Part shown: in pieces, positions 55,401 through 64,000 of the stretch
How positions within the stretch are numbered: position 1 is the first letter of the stretch
Layout: each line of letters starts with the position of its first letter
Sequence record: NC_061440.1
DNA length: 64,000 nt
Strand: one strand, 5' to 3'
Translations under genes and position numbers: made by a program
The notes under the pieces: generated by a model
What the model was told of the DNA's origin: nothing
Database searches by the model: none
The model's input: the letters and a program-made list of their open reading frames with translations, nothing else

Positions 55401-56450
55401 TCAACAGCGAACGGTGCGACCTATTGTCAGAGGTGTGTAGTCTCGCAGCGTAGCGACAGGCTTCTCGTTTGGCAGGATGGCTGATGCTACATCGAAGTCA
55501 ATACCAGCTCGCGCAGTCAACACATAGACAGGTGCACCGTAAGCAAACGCTATTGGCATTGCACCCCACGTGATTGAATACGCAGGCGTATCGGCATGAG
55601 TGCCTTGACCATAATAGAAAAGACTTGAAGCAGCAACACTGGCCTGAGCACCGGCATAATACGAAGTGCTATAAGTCCATCCGCCACCAGAGAAATAGTT
55701 CGTGCCATTGACGACAGACCTATATGGCTGGAACAATCGCGGACCACGAGCGAAGTTATACGCAGTGTGATCGTACGGTTGATTGGCTGTTATGTACGGC
55801 ATACTCTGCGAAGACGAAACTAAAAGAGCAGTGTCCGCTTCTCTGTTCACGCCATTGAAACCGATGTGCTGCAAATACGAAGTGGTATTACGCGACCAGT
55901 AGCCTATGCCACTACCGCCTCCTCCGTATATGGTACCAGACTCGGATAGCGCTGGGTTTGCGCTAGATGCAGGCGTTGAGTAGAGTGAGACACTGTATGA
56001 GGTGTTGTCGAAAGAAGGCAACACCATGTCGGAGTATGCAGGGACAGTTGGCGTGCCATTACCGTAAGTGTCAAGCAAACTACCAGAACCATTAAGTGCA
56101 CCGCCACCCGTGTCATCTTTGCCTATAGCGTAGTATCGACAAAAGGCATTGAATGCAGTCAGGTTGCGCTGCTGGTTGGTGTAGTTGAAATCAGATTCCT
56201 TACGAACACCAGGCACATAGTTATAGAACAACTTGTTTCCTGACCAACCGGCGCCACGTACACACTGCATGTTGTTGTCTACATCGACGGCAGCACAAAA
56301 AGAAAGTGACGTGTTTATCTTATCCCACATATCAATGAAGGATGATTTGTCAGTGGGCCGAGAAGTATCGTCCGAAAATAAAAACATACGCTTACGTGCA
56401 AATTCTATCTTCTTCTCCAGCAGTTGTGCTCCGTTCGAAACGAATAGCAT
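55401..56450 (-). CDS. putative virion appendage/receptor-binding protein (second paralog family)
   Basis: MLF...FLFSD N-terminus; Y/G/S/T-rich core. Confidence 0.6.
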   Translation of the reverse strand: MLFVSNGAQLLEKKIEFARKRMFLFSDDTSRPTDKSSFIDMWDKINTSLSFCAAVDVDNNMQCVRGAGWSGNKLFYNYVPGVRKESDFNYTNQQRNLTAFNAFCRYYAIGKDDTGGGALNGSGSLLDTYGNGTPTVPAYSDMVLPSFDNTSYSVSLYSTPASSANPALSESGTIYGGGGSGIGYWSRNTTSYLQHIGFNGVNREADTALLVSSSQSMPYITANQPYDHTAYNFARGPRLFQPYRSVVNGTNYFSGGGWTYSTSYYAGAQASVAASSLFYYGQGTHADTPAYSITWGAMPIAFAYGAPVYVLTARAGIDFDVASAILPNEKPVATLRDYTPLTIGRTVRC

Positions 56451-56458
56451 AATCGCCT

Positions 56459-57409
56459 CTATAGCTTGATACTGTCTGTCTTATACAGAACGGGTAATTC
56501 AGGTAACGTAACAGAGAACGTATTCCCTACGTTTGTGTTACGCGAGGTGAAGTCTTCTGGGCCATACTTAACAACACGGACGCGAGTTCCTTCGTTGATG
56601 AATACGGCGAATTTGTCTAACGTGATTGTACCTTCTGCAAGCGCACTCGAACCATATGCCTGGGAACAAGGGGTATACCGTCCGCTATCATAGGCATTAC
56701 GACGAGCAGGAACCGTAGCGCGCCAGTAACCACCATCAGACACTTGAGCAGTGTACGCTCCCATAGAGAAAGCCATAGCGCCAGTCACGCTGGAATTCCA
56801 GTTGGAGTAGTTAGTGCCCGTGAATGTATACGACCAACTATGCGGATATATGCGAATCTCTTGCATACCAGAGGCAGTATATACTCGACGACGATGACTG
56901 TATGAGTCACCTGTCTGCCTAGCTGCTGTCGATACAGTTACTTGCGTGTCAGGGAACGATACCTGATTGGCGGTTGGACCTGCCTGCTGTCCTATCTTAG
57001 TAGGAATCAAACAGAAAGGCGTAGCCCACCACGTATCAGTATTTCCCGGAAAAGGCGTACTGCCCGAGAAGTTATCGTTCATTGTCATTTGACTGCTCTT
57101 GCGGCCAGACCCATCTTTCAGTCCGGTCACAAGTAACGTTCGGAAGATGCCGTCATCGGATGTAAAGTCCGGCGCCTCCGATATCATGGTCAATTTGGAG
57201 TAATAGACTCTTGCCTGAGTGCCATAAGCAGCGATGCCCATAACAGGATGGGCACCAAAGCTGTTACCGCTCTGAGAGGCAATTGAGCATCGACTATTTC
57301 GTATCAGATCTCGTAGCTCACTCACTGAACTGAAATCTATAGTCTGACCTGAGTCGAAAAAGAATCCGTACTTGCGCACATCATCCTGTTTAGGAAGTAC
57401 GAGTTGCAT
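56459..57409 (-). CDS. putative virion appendage protein (second paralog family)
   Basis: MQL...FFFDS; S/T/G-rich core. Confidence 0.6.
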   Translation of the reverse strand: MQLVLPKQDDVRKYGFFFDSGQTIDFSSVSELRDLIRNSRCSIASQSGNSFGAHPVMGIAAYGTQARVYYSKLTMISEAPDFTSDDGIFRTLLVTGLKDGSGRKSSQMTMNDNFSGSTPFPGNTDTWWATPFCLIPTKIGQQAGPTANQVSFPDTQVTVSTAARQTGDSYSHRRRVYTASGMQEIRIYPHSWSYTFTGTNYSNWNSSVTGAMAFSMGAYTAQVSDGGYWRATVPARRNAYDSGRYTPCSQAYGSSALAEGTITLDKFAVFINEGTRVRVVKYGPEDFTSRNTNVGNTFSVTLPELPVLYKTDSIKL

Positions 57410-57418
57410 AGCCTTTCC

Positions 57419-58471
57419 TTACATCTGGGTGAGAGATTTGTCGGGGAAGAATTGCGTGTTAACCAAAGACAAAGTGGCTGTTGCAGCTACAGGTATTGCA
57501 GCACTTTGCGACATATCTTTGTCTTGGCCGATAGCACAACGCATTAGGTATTTCAGGCCGTTGACTTGAAACGCCATCATACAGGCAGTCAGAACCGCAT
57601 CTGCTGTGTTCGCTTTGCCTGAGATAGGAACTCTCGGCGGGAACGCGTCAGGACTTGTGCGATCATATCCTGATACACCATTGCCGTTTTGCGGGGTACT
57701 GGTGCTACTAAACTGATTTAATCCGTTGGCCGAATATGTCATGCCCACTGTACGCACAAATGCAATGTGGTCTATTGCTGCATACGAGTTATGTAGCGGC
57801 GCAGTCTGCATAGGCGTGGTCGTCTGGCTTATGTATGAATATCCGTAAGGACCTGATTCATTCCACGAGACAAGACTTAGCGTGGCGGTGTTGAAGCCTG
57901 CATCGTACCCGCTATACGTTCCCCAGAAAGGGTCAGTGTTACGCGCATACTGGTTACCTACTTTAGAGCTATAAGTTTGCAGATGCGTATTAACGTTACG
58001 CATACCCTCAGGGAAGATGAGCATACAGTTAGACGGCCAGTAATACGATTCAGAACTATCAGCAGACCTACCAAAACGCCCATCGAACACAGGCATGCCC
58101 GCAGACCATTGATATCCAGGAGTGTCTGCATCGTACACAGTAAAGTAACGAGCAAGAATAGCATCGGGAGTTTGTGCGGCACTGTAGGCAGCATACCCTC
58201 CAGACACAGCACTATTGTTTACGAGGCGAGCACTTCGCGCAGGATAGAAGAAGTTGTCTTTGATGCCACTCATAGGGCTTAACGTGACTTCGCTTCCTAC
58301 ACCAGACGCCGAGTTGCCCCAAGCGCGAGCACCTTTAATCTTCGACAGATAACTGGACACGCTGACATGGGCATCAGAGATATCTGTCTGACTATCGAAA
58401 TAGAGCGCTCGGTGTGCAGCCAACAGCGCAACCTTGTTGGCCTTTATTGGATGAGATGTTGCAAATAACAT
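57419..58471 (-). CDS. putative virion appendage protein (second paralog family)
   Basis: MLF...LYFDS; S/T/Y/G-rich core. Confidence 0.6.
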   Translation of the reverse strand: MLFATSHPIKANKVALLAAHRALYFDSQTDISDAHVSVSSYLSKIKGARAWGNSASGVGSEVTLSPMSGIKDNFFYPARSARLVNNSAVSGGYAAYSAAQTPDAILARYFTVYDADTPGYQWSAGMPVFDGRFGRSADSSESYYWPSNCMLIFPEGMRNVNTHLQTYSSKVGNQYARNTDPFWGTYSGYDAGFNTATLSLVSWNESGPYGYSYISQTTTPMQTAPLHNSYAAIDHIAFVRTVGMTYSANGLNQFSSTSTPQNGNGVSGYDRTSPDAFPPRVPISGKANTADAVLTACMMAFQVNGLKYLMRCAIGQDKDMSQSAAIPVAATATLSLVNTQFFPDKSLTQM

Positions 58472-58482
58472 AGGGCCTCTCC

Positions 58483-59577
58483 CTATAATAAATATGTGGC
58501 CGCAGCATTTGCGTAGGCAACAACGTCAACAGAGAAATTCAAAGAGGCCATCTCTGCTATGTTGGTTCCTGTCTGTCTTGCATCGTCCGCTTCACCATCC
58601 CCAATAGAAAGAACAATCAGTCCTTTGTCTAACGGGTATTCATACGCAATCGCACCAAACGACAATACACAAGGAGGGCTATCGTTTGCTGCAACGTTTA
58701 ACGGTACATACAAGGGTTCAGCCAGACCGCAGTTTGGGAAGTCTGTCAGTGTAGGCGAGTAAGAGAAGCGGGTGTAGCCTCCACCTATAGGCCAGCTTTG
58801 CGTTTCTTCCTCAATCGCAATGAACATGATGCAAGGGGCATTCGCCGCATACATAGATGGACTCACTACAGGCAGTGTGTTGCCTTGACCGTATTGCTTC
58901 GACGTATCGGTAGTGGTCAGGTTTGTTTGCGTCTGCAACGTGTTAGTCTGCGTAAGATATGCAGCACTTGACCAATACAATGTATACTGATAGTTCCATC
59001 CTAGCCACGAGTTTGACTCGGACTTGGTGATGCTTATCGTCTGGCCTTTGAATGTCAAGTTGGCTCGAATGCCGCCGGTGGCTGCCACGCGCATCGAAGC
59101 AACTATAGTCTCAGGAACAAAGTACATTCGGTTGCTGATCAGACCTGACGCAGGATCATACGTTTTGCCTGCACCAGCACCCAAGAAGTTAGTCTTCAAG
59201 TCACTCATGCTTCCTTTGGCTGTAACGGGAGTCACAGTCACATAGCGATAGGCCTGTGTATCAACTGTCTGACCGTCAGACGTAGCTCCATAGTAGTACC
59301 AGTCCTTGTTGCCTCCATTCGAATTGAATCCCAACATGTCCGCCGTGTGTGCGACATAGTGCTTGTTGTTCTTAACGCCAGACAGTGCGGTTGTCTTTCC
59401 ATTAGAGCCTGAGATCCCCCATGAAGCACCACGGCAGTATGGAATACTCTTTAGCAGGTTAGCACGAGATTGCTTTACGGTTGCTTTGTCTACTGACGAA
59501 TCAAAGAGAAACAGTGCAGACAACGCGTCCTTGCGTATCTTATTAACCTTAACAGCTCCGACAGAATGAAACTGCAT
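58483..59577 (-). CDS. putative virion appendage protein (second paralog family)
   Basis: MQF...FLFDS; T/S/Y-rich core. Confidence 0.6.
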   Translation of the reverse strand: MQFHSVGAVKVNKIRKDALSALFLFDSSVDKATVKQSRANLLKSIPYCRGASWGISGSNGKTTALSGVKNNKHYVAHTADMLGFNSNGGNKDWYYYGATSDGQTVDTQAYRYVTVTPVTAKGSMSDLKTNFLGAGAGKTYDPASGLISNRMYFVPETIVASMRVAATGGIRANLTFKGQTISITKSESNSWLGWNYQYTLYWSSAAYLTQTNTLQTQTNLTTTDTSKQYGQGNTLPVVSPSMYAANAPCIMFIAIEEETQSWPIGGGYTRFSYSPTLTDFPNCGLAEPLYVPLNVAANDSPPCVLSFGAIAYEYPLDKGLIVLSIGDGEADDARQTGTNIAEMASLNFSVDVVAYANAAATYLL

Positions 59578-59612
59578 ACACGTACCTTTATGTCAAAATT
59601 TTCGATATAAGG

Positions 59613-59646
59613 TAAAAAGGGCCCGTACCATTACGATACAGGCCAT
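59613..59646 (-). terminator. rho-independent terminator
   Basis: On the - strand: ggcctgtatc-gtaat-ggtacgggcc-cttttt. Confidence 0.75.
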
Positions 59647-59651
59647 TTCTG

Positions 59652-60233
59652 TTACACCAGCAGACGACCTGCGATGGTAATAGCAACGCCGTTGAGCGTA
59701 GTGTCGGCAGTGTCTGGTGCAATGACACGCAACTGGTCACCAGATACAAGAATGATCTCTTGATCTTGATACGCAACCAGAGGAGCAAACACGCCTGTCT
59801 TCGACCCAGCAGCGAACGACACTGTACCAAGCTGAATAACAGTCTGGGTAGCAGAATCATACGCACTGATTTTGAAAACAGATGCAGCAGTGGCCGCAAT
59901 GTCCGCAGCAGCCATAGAGCCAGCAAAGTTTTTAACGATTGCAGTTGTGCGAACAGACAGGTAACGTGCAATCTCCTGACCACCAGCATAACGCTTGAGG
60001 ACAGACAGACCTACGTCATATGGATTTACAGACTGTAACTGATTAACCCACTTGTTACGTACCTGACTGAACACGTACAGGCCAGGCTGGTTCTGACCCG
60101 ATACAGCAGTCAGGTTCCACACACGCCCGTTAGTAGGAGATGAGGGGAAGGTAGGTCCGGAGGAATTTGGATCGCCTGGTGCACGAACGATTTGAGCCTG
60201 CTCACCTGCGAGCTGTAGACCATAAGTTAACAT
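59652..60233 (-). CDS. virion structural protein
   Basis: TFPSSP..GRVW fibre-type N-terminal module; GGAG RBS. Confidence 0.65.
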   Translation of the reverse strand: MLTYGLQLAGEQAQIVRAPGDPNSSGPTFPSSPTNGRVWNLTAVSGQNQPGLYVFSQVRNKWVNQLQSVNPYDVGLSVLKRYAGGQEIARYLSVRTTAIVKNFAGSMAAADIAATAASVFKISAYDSATQTVIQLGTVSFAAGSKTGVFAPLVAYQDQEIILVSGDQLRVIAPDTADTTLNGVAITIAGRLLV

Positions 60234-60244
60234 TGTTTCTCTCC

Positions 60245-60463
60245 TTAGGCGATTCGCACTTCACCCGTAACTGGGTACGGGAAAGTCACTTTGACTGTAT
60301 TGTTATCCACAATGATAACGTCGAGCGGCAGTACCTGATGGAGTTTACCATCGGGCTGCATCGTACACGTAGTCACTGCGACCATACGACCGAAGTTGTG
60401 CGTAATCGTCCATTCAGCAGCAGGCGTTTCTTGTTTGAAAGAGCGCCCCATCGAATAGTTCAT
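60245..60463 (-). CDS. small structural protein, single 'W.I.HN.G' beta module
   Basis: WTITHNFGR...VLP...DNNTVKVTF.YP..G; GAGGA RBS. Confidence 0.65.
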   Translation of the reverse strand: MNYSMGRSFKQETPAAEWTITHNFGRMVAVTTCTMQPDGKLHQVLPLDVIIVDNNTVKVTFPYPVTGEVRIA

Positions 60464-60470
60464 AAGTTCC

Positions 60471-61373
60471 TCACAATTCATATGTGTATTGTGGTGTAGG
60501 CAAGTTGATTTGTACCGTACCGTTTCCATTCATCACAGGAACAGCTTGCACAATTTCTGACTCGGCAAGCAGGGCAATATGCAGCGTCTTCTTCTCGTCA
60601 ACGATTGCAGCCATTCCCCATGTAGGAACAGAGACACCCGGTGTTCCACCTGTTATAGCGTGATAAAGATTTGGCACACCCCAGTACAAGGAAAAGTAGT
60701 TCCCTCCAGAGTTGTTGTAATTCACAACCCTTGCGACCGCAGAATAAGACATTGCAGCAGCAGAGATCGCGTTACCGACAACAACTTGATATCCGTTACT
60801 GTTCCATGAAAAGCCATTACCGGCAATCGTAGGAACTGCATCCAGAGTAGGAGGGTACGTGTACAGCATCATACTTGTGCCGTACATCGTATTACCCTGT
60901 TGTGCGTTCAGCAGATCCGTTGACATGATAGGCAAGGTCTTATTTATACCATGCGCGGCCAAAGCCATAGGCCCGGACGACGGACTACCACTCAACATCA
61001 TACCCAAATCATCAATCAGATTGAGAGCGAACTGACGCTCCATATATCGGTAGCTTGGGGTGGTGGGTGCATTCACAGGTGCAAGTGATCCTGTGACAAC
61101 ACCTCGGTTACTCATCCATGTATGATAGATATACCGCGTATGCAGCCACTGTTTCGTACCATCAGCGCTAATACCAGCCGCAGGGTTTAGAGATATCGTA
61201 CCGTTAACGGCGAAATCCTTTGCGCTCGTAACGGACTTCTCGGCACACAATTTTACGAAGTCTGTCCAAGTAAGAATGCTCAGGTCCGGTTTTGGCGTAG
61301 ACGCACCAAACAGGAACAGACCTCGCTCTATCATATGCTTTTTAACACTACGGTAGTTTTGTGCGAAAAGCAT
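60471..61373 (-). CDS. putative virion appendage protein (second paralog family)
   Basis: MLF...LFLFG N-terminus; PTWG C-terminal motif. Confidence 0.6.
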   Translation of the reverse strand: MLFAQNYRSVKKHMIERGLFLFGASTPKPDLSILTWTDFVKLCAEKSVTSAKDFAVNGTISLNPAAGISADGTKQWLHTRYIYHTWMSNRGVVTGSLAPVNAPTTPSYRYMERQFALNLIDDLGMMLSGSPSSGPMALAAHGINKTLPIMSTDLLNAQQGNTMYGTSMMLYTYPPTLDAVPTIAGNGFSWNSNGYQVVVGNAISAAAMSYSAVARVVNYNNSGGNYFSLYWGVPNLYHAITGGTPGVSVPTWGMAAIVDEKKTLHIALLAESEIVQAVPVMNGNGTVQINLPTPQYTYEL

Positions 61374-61384
61374 ATGATTACCCC

Positions 61385-61981
61385 TTAGTACAGAACGACT
61401 GTACCAGTTTCAGGGTTTTCGAAGGTAATCGTAAGCTGACTGGTGCTGTCATGAACGATAGACTTCGGTTGGACTTCTTTAGCGCCCTGATAGATACGCA
61501 CTGCTGGGTTATACCCCAGGTTATGAGTAACTACCCACACAGTTTCGTCAGTGAATGAGGCAGTGAACGCTACGGTAGGAGCAGGCAGACCGCTCTCAAT
61601 ACCAGACAGCAGCACAGCCGTACCAGCGACAGGCTCAGGGAACATAACGATAGTCGTGTTTGCATCCTGAGTGTGGATTGAGGAAGGCATAACAACGTCA
61701 CCGTTTGAATCGTAGCACTGAACGATAGGCGTACCCGTGTTCATGTTGTGCGCGATCTCCCAGCGGCTTGAAGCAGACGCCTGAGAATAACGGTACATCG
61801 TCATCTGTTGAGTTAACGGTACCCAGATAGGCAGGTCAGCGATCTCAACACAGAACATCAGTCGCTTATCCATGAAAATTGCCATGCCCGGCTGAGGGTT
61901 GTCTGGCCAGTCTTGCACTTCTTCGAATTTGAAGTTCTTGATCGAGCCAAACTCTAAGTCTAAAGTCCCAACGACTTTCAT
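61385..61981 (-). CDS. structural protein with two 'W.I.HN.G' modules
   Basis: WEIAHNMN... and WVVTHNLGYNP...; N-terminus shared with the 541-aa fibre. Confidence 0.68.
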   Translation of the reverse strand: MKVVGTLDLEFGSIKNFKFEEVQDWPDNPQPGMAIFMDKRLMFCVEIADLPIWVPLTQQMTMYRYSQASASSRWEIAHNMNTGTPIVQCYDSNGDVVMPSSIHTQDANTTIVMFPEPVAGTAVLLSGIESGLPAPTVAFTASFTDETVWVVTHNLGYNPAVRIYQGAKEVQPKSIVHDSTSQLTITFENPETGTVVLY

Positions 61982-62000
61982 AAATCATCTCCTGAAAGGT

Positions 62001-62030
62001 AAAAAGGGTAGGCAGATGCCCACCCCTTTA
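62001..62030 (-). terminator. rho-independent terminator
   Basis: On the - strand: aaggggtgggca-tc-tgcctaccc-ttttt. Confidence 0.75.
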
Positions 62031-62054
62031 TTATGTTACGGCTGTCGTTGTCGC

Positions 62055-63680
62055 TTAGGCTTCTGGTTCAACGTAGGTGTTGGTACCAGTTACGAATGCG
62101 ATTGCAACTTTCTTCGCGGTGGTCAGCTCTACACGCAGGCTGTTCGCGTCGATGAACACAACTTCGTCAGGGATGATCTGGTAGCCAGTATCATCAACAA
62201 CGGTGACGGTACCGAACTTGTGGCCAGCGTTGTGGGTGAAGGTGTGTGCAGTAGCTGCAACGTCACCGCTCGCAGTTTTGTCGTACTGATAAACTTTAGC
62301 AGCAGAACCGCTAGAGCCAGCAGCGATTGCATCAGTAACGAACTTCTTGCTCACCGCAGAGTTGTCGGTGTAGTCAGCGCTGTCACCAGACAGGGTGATC
62401 TGAGTAACTTCACCACCAGCAGCGTCGATGAAACCACCAGCAGTTTTAACAGCAGCAACATCGACAATGATTTTGCTGTTATCAACGTCCTGTTTCAGGC
62501 CGGTACCCAGTGCAGCAGCAGCGATCTGGCCGTAGCCAACACCGCCGTCAGCGATTGCGATACCGTCAACAGAGCGAGACAGAGTAGCGCCGTCCAGTTT
62601 AACGCGAGTGCTGCCTGCGTTATCTTCCAGACCGCCGTTGGCGTCCAGTTTAGCAGTCACGGCATTGCTGGTGATCTGAATACCAGCGCCGACTTTAACG
62701 TTGACAACGTTACCAGCTTTTTCCAGACCGTCACCAGCGTTGAACTCGGAAGCGCCGCCGAATGTAGTCCACTCAGTACCATCGAAACGACGATACTCTT
62801 TGATATCTTTAACCCAGGTAACCGCACCACCAGCTTCGCTGTCAGTTGGGTCGAACACGATAACGAACGCAGTGCCGTTATAGCGAACGATCATGTTGTC
62901 AGCCAGACCAGTGATAGAACCGAAGTTCGGGTTGATGGTGTCAGCAGACAGGATGATGTACTGCTTACCGTTCTCCAGAACAGGGTCCAGAGTGCCGTCA
63001 GCCTGAATACCGTCAGAGTCTTTCAGCCAGTCGATGCCAGCGATAGCGTTGTCGATATCGATCTTACGAGCAGCGTCGTTCGGGTTAGCAGGAGCGGCCA
63101 GGTTAGCAACGGTATTACCGTTAGCATCCAGGTCGCCAGTCAGTTGGCCGTTAGCCGCATCAACTTTACCCGCCAGCGCAGTTTCGTTCGCGTTAGCTTT
63201 GTTGCTAACAGCAGTGATCTGAGACTGGATGTTAGAGCTTGCGCCAGACAGATAGCCCAGCTCGGCAGCAGTGATGGAGGAGCTTTGCAGTTCAGAGTCG
63301 GCGCCAGCGATAACAACCGCGTTCTCGGTCAGGCCGCTGATTTTGTCTTGCTTGGTAGCAACAACGGTTTCAACGTGTTTCTTAGAAACAGCCGCGTTGT
63401 CAGCAGAAGCAGACTGGTCAGGACCAGACAGTTCGAGGTCAGCAGTCATTGCCACAGAACCGTCAGCCAGGATAGCGCCTTCTACAGAACCACCACCAGT
63501 GCCCAGCTCTTTGATTGCAGTACCGTCGAAGTATTTGTACTTCTTATCGGTGCTGTTGTACCACATGCGGGCTTCTTGTGCCGCGACCAGATCACCAACT
63601 ACAGGGTCGGCTGCAAGAACTTCTGGGCGGAAGTTCTTAATAGAAGCGCCGAGCATTAAATCAAGATTACCAGTACGCAT
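62055..63680 (-). CDS. fibre/whisker-like virion protein
   Basis: WYN..DKK.KYFDG, 'DAA.K..VD'-type fibre motifs, AGDGL...GN repeats, C-terminal HN module; highly expressed codon bias. Confidence 0.75.
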   Translation of the reverse strand: MRTGNLDLMLGASIKNFRPEVLAADPVVGDLVAAQEARMWYNSTDKKYKYFDGTAIKELGTGGGSVEGAILADGSVAMTADLELSGPDQSASADNAAVSKKHVETVVATKQDKISGLTENAVVIAGADSELQSSSITAAELGYLSGASSNIQSQITAVSNKANANETALAGKVDAANGQLTGDLDANGNTVANLAAPANPNDAARKIDIDNAIAGIDWLKDSDGIQADGTLDPVLENGKQYIILSADTINPNFGSITGLADNMIVRYNGTAFVIVFDPTDSEAGGAVTWVKDIKEYRRFDGTEWTTFGGASEFNAGDGLEKAGNVVNVKVGAGIQITSNAVTAKLDANGGLEDNAGSTRVKLDGATLSRSVDGIAIADGGVGYGQIAAAALGTGLKQDVDNSKIIVDVAAVKTAGGFIDAAGGEVTQITLSGDSADYTDNSAVSKKFVTDAIAAGSSGSAAKVYQYDKTASGDVAATAHTFTHNAGHKFGTVTVVDDTGYQIIPDEVVFIDANSLRVELTTAKKVAIAFVTGTNTYVEPEA

Positions 63681-63703
63681 TGTAAATCTCCTGTTGCGTG
63701 GGA

Positions 63704-63997
63704 TTAGAAGAACTGACTGTCACAACCATCAAGGCTACAGCGTAACGCTTGATATGCAGTGGCACGTTCTTCCGTTAGATTGATATACTTATCGTCAATA
63801 TTGTACTTCACTCTAACAGGCACGTCGTACCCATCGAGCAGGCCGTGTCGCTTATAAGCATTCAGGCGTAGCACAGGTGAACTGACCTTAGCATGTTCCA
63901 TGATGTTCAGGTCAATCTTGTCGGCGTAAATGAATGGACGCTCTCGCTTACACATGATGTAATCAATCTCATGCAAATTAAAGAGTGTGAAATTCAT
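63704..63997 (-). CDS. hypothetical protein (start near window edge)
   Basis: ORF upstream of the fibre gene; may extend or be regulated beyond the window. Confidence 0.5.
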   Translation of the reverse strand: MNFTLFNLHEIDYIMCKRERPFIYADKIDLNIMEHAKVSSPVLRLNAYKRHGLLDGYDVPVRVKYNIDDKYINLTEERATAYQALRCSLDGCDSQFF

Positions 63998-64000
63998 ATA

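Noticed and set aside
61899-63659. 586-aa + strand ORF
   Set aside because: Antisense shadow of the codon-biased fibre gene; S/V/R-rich, no RBS or motif
1-64000. CRISPR array, tRNA, rRNA, integrase or transposase
   Set aside because: No regularly spaced direct repeats, cloverleaf or T-loop signatures, or recombinase motifs were recognised by eye; tRNAscan-SE would be decisive for tRNAs

Overview
A densely coding 64-kb segment of a large (jumbo-type) tailed dsDNA phage of Enterobacterales. Gene content and order resemble the 'hairy' Erwinia/Dickeya jumbo myoviruses (Y3/JA11-like); this is an inference from recalled gene content, not a database result. Positions 1-44.6 kb are + strand. They hold a DnaB-like helicase, an intein-containing terminase large subunit, a probable portal, a 5'-3' exonuclease, a macrodomain protein, nucleotide metabolism genes (thymidylate synthase, dCMP deaminase, MazG-like), a Dam-like methylase and many small accessory or counter-defence candidates. 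Positions 44.6-64 kb are - strand and hold a lysis cassette and a long array of paralogous virion fibre or appendage proteins. The main candidate system is a split DNA hypermodification pathway. It has a CmoA-type carboxy-SAM synthase, a DUF1611/DgcN-like P-loop protein, an asparagine-synthetase-like amide ligase and a degenerate racemase-like protein (12.3-15.6 kb). It also has a ParB-like gene followed by an intein-interrupted C5-cytosine 'methyltransferase' whose motif X Asn is replaced by Arg (29.0-31.8 kb), the signature expected of a carboxymethyltransferase. A second highlight is an unannotated 54-aa ORF (22431-22595) ending in DGCESGACKI, the redox-active C-terminal tail of enterobacterial NrdA. 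No CRISPR array, rRNA or convincing tRNA was seen.
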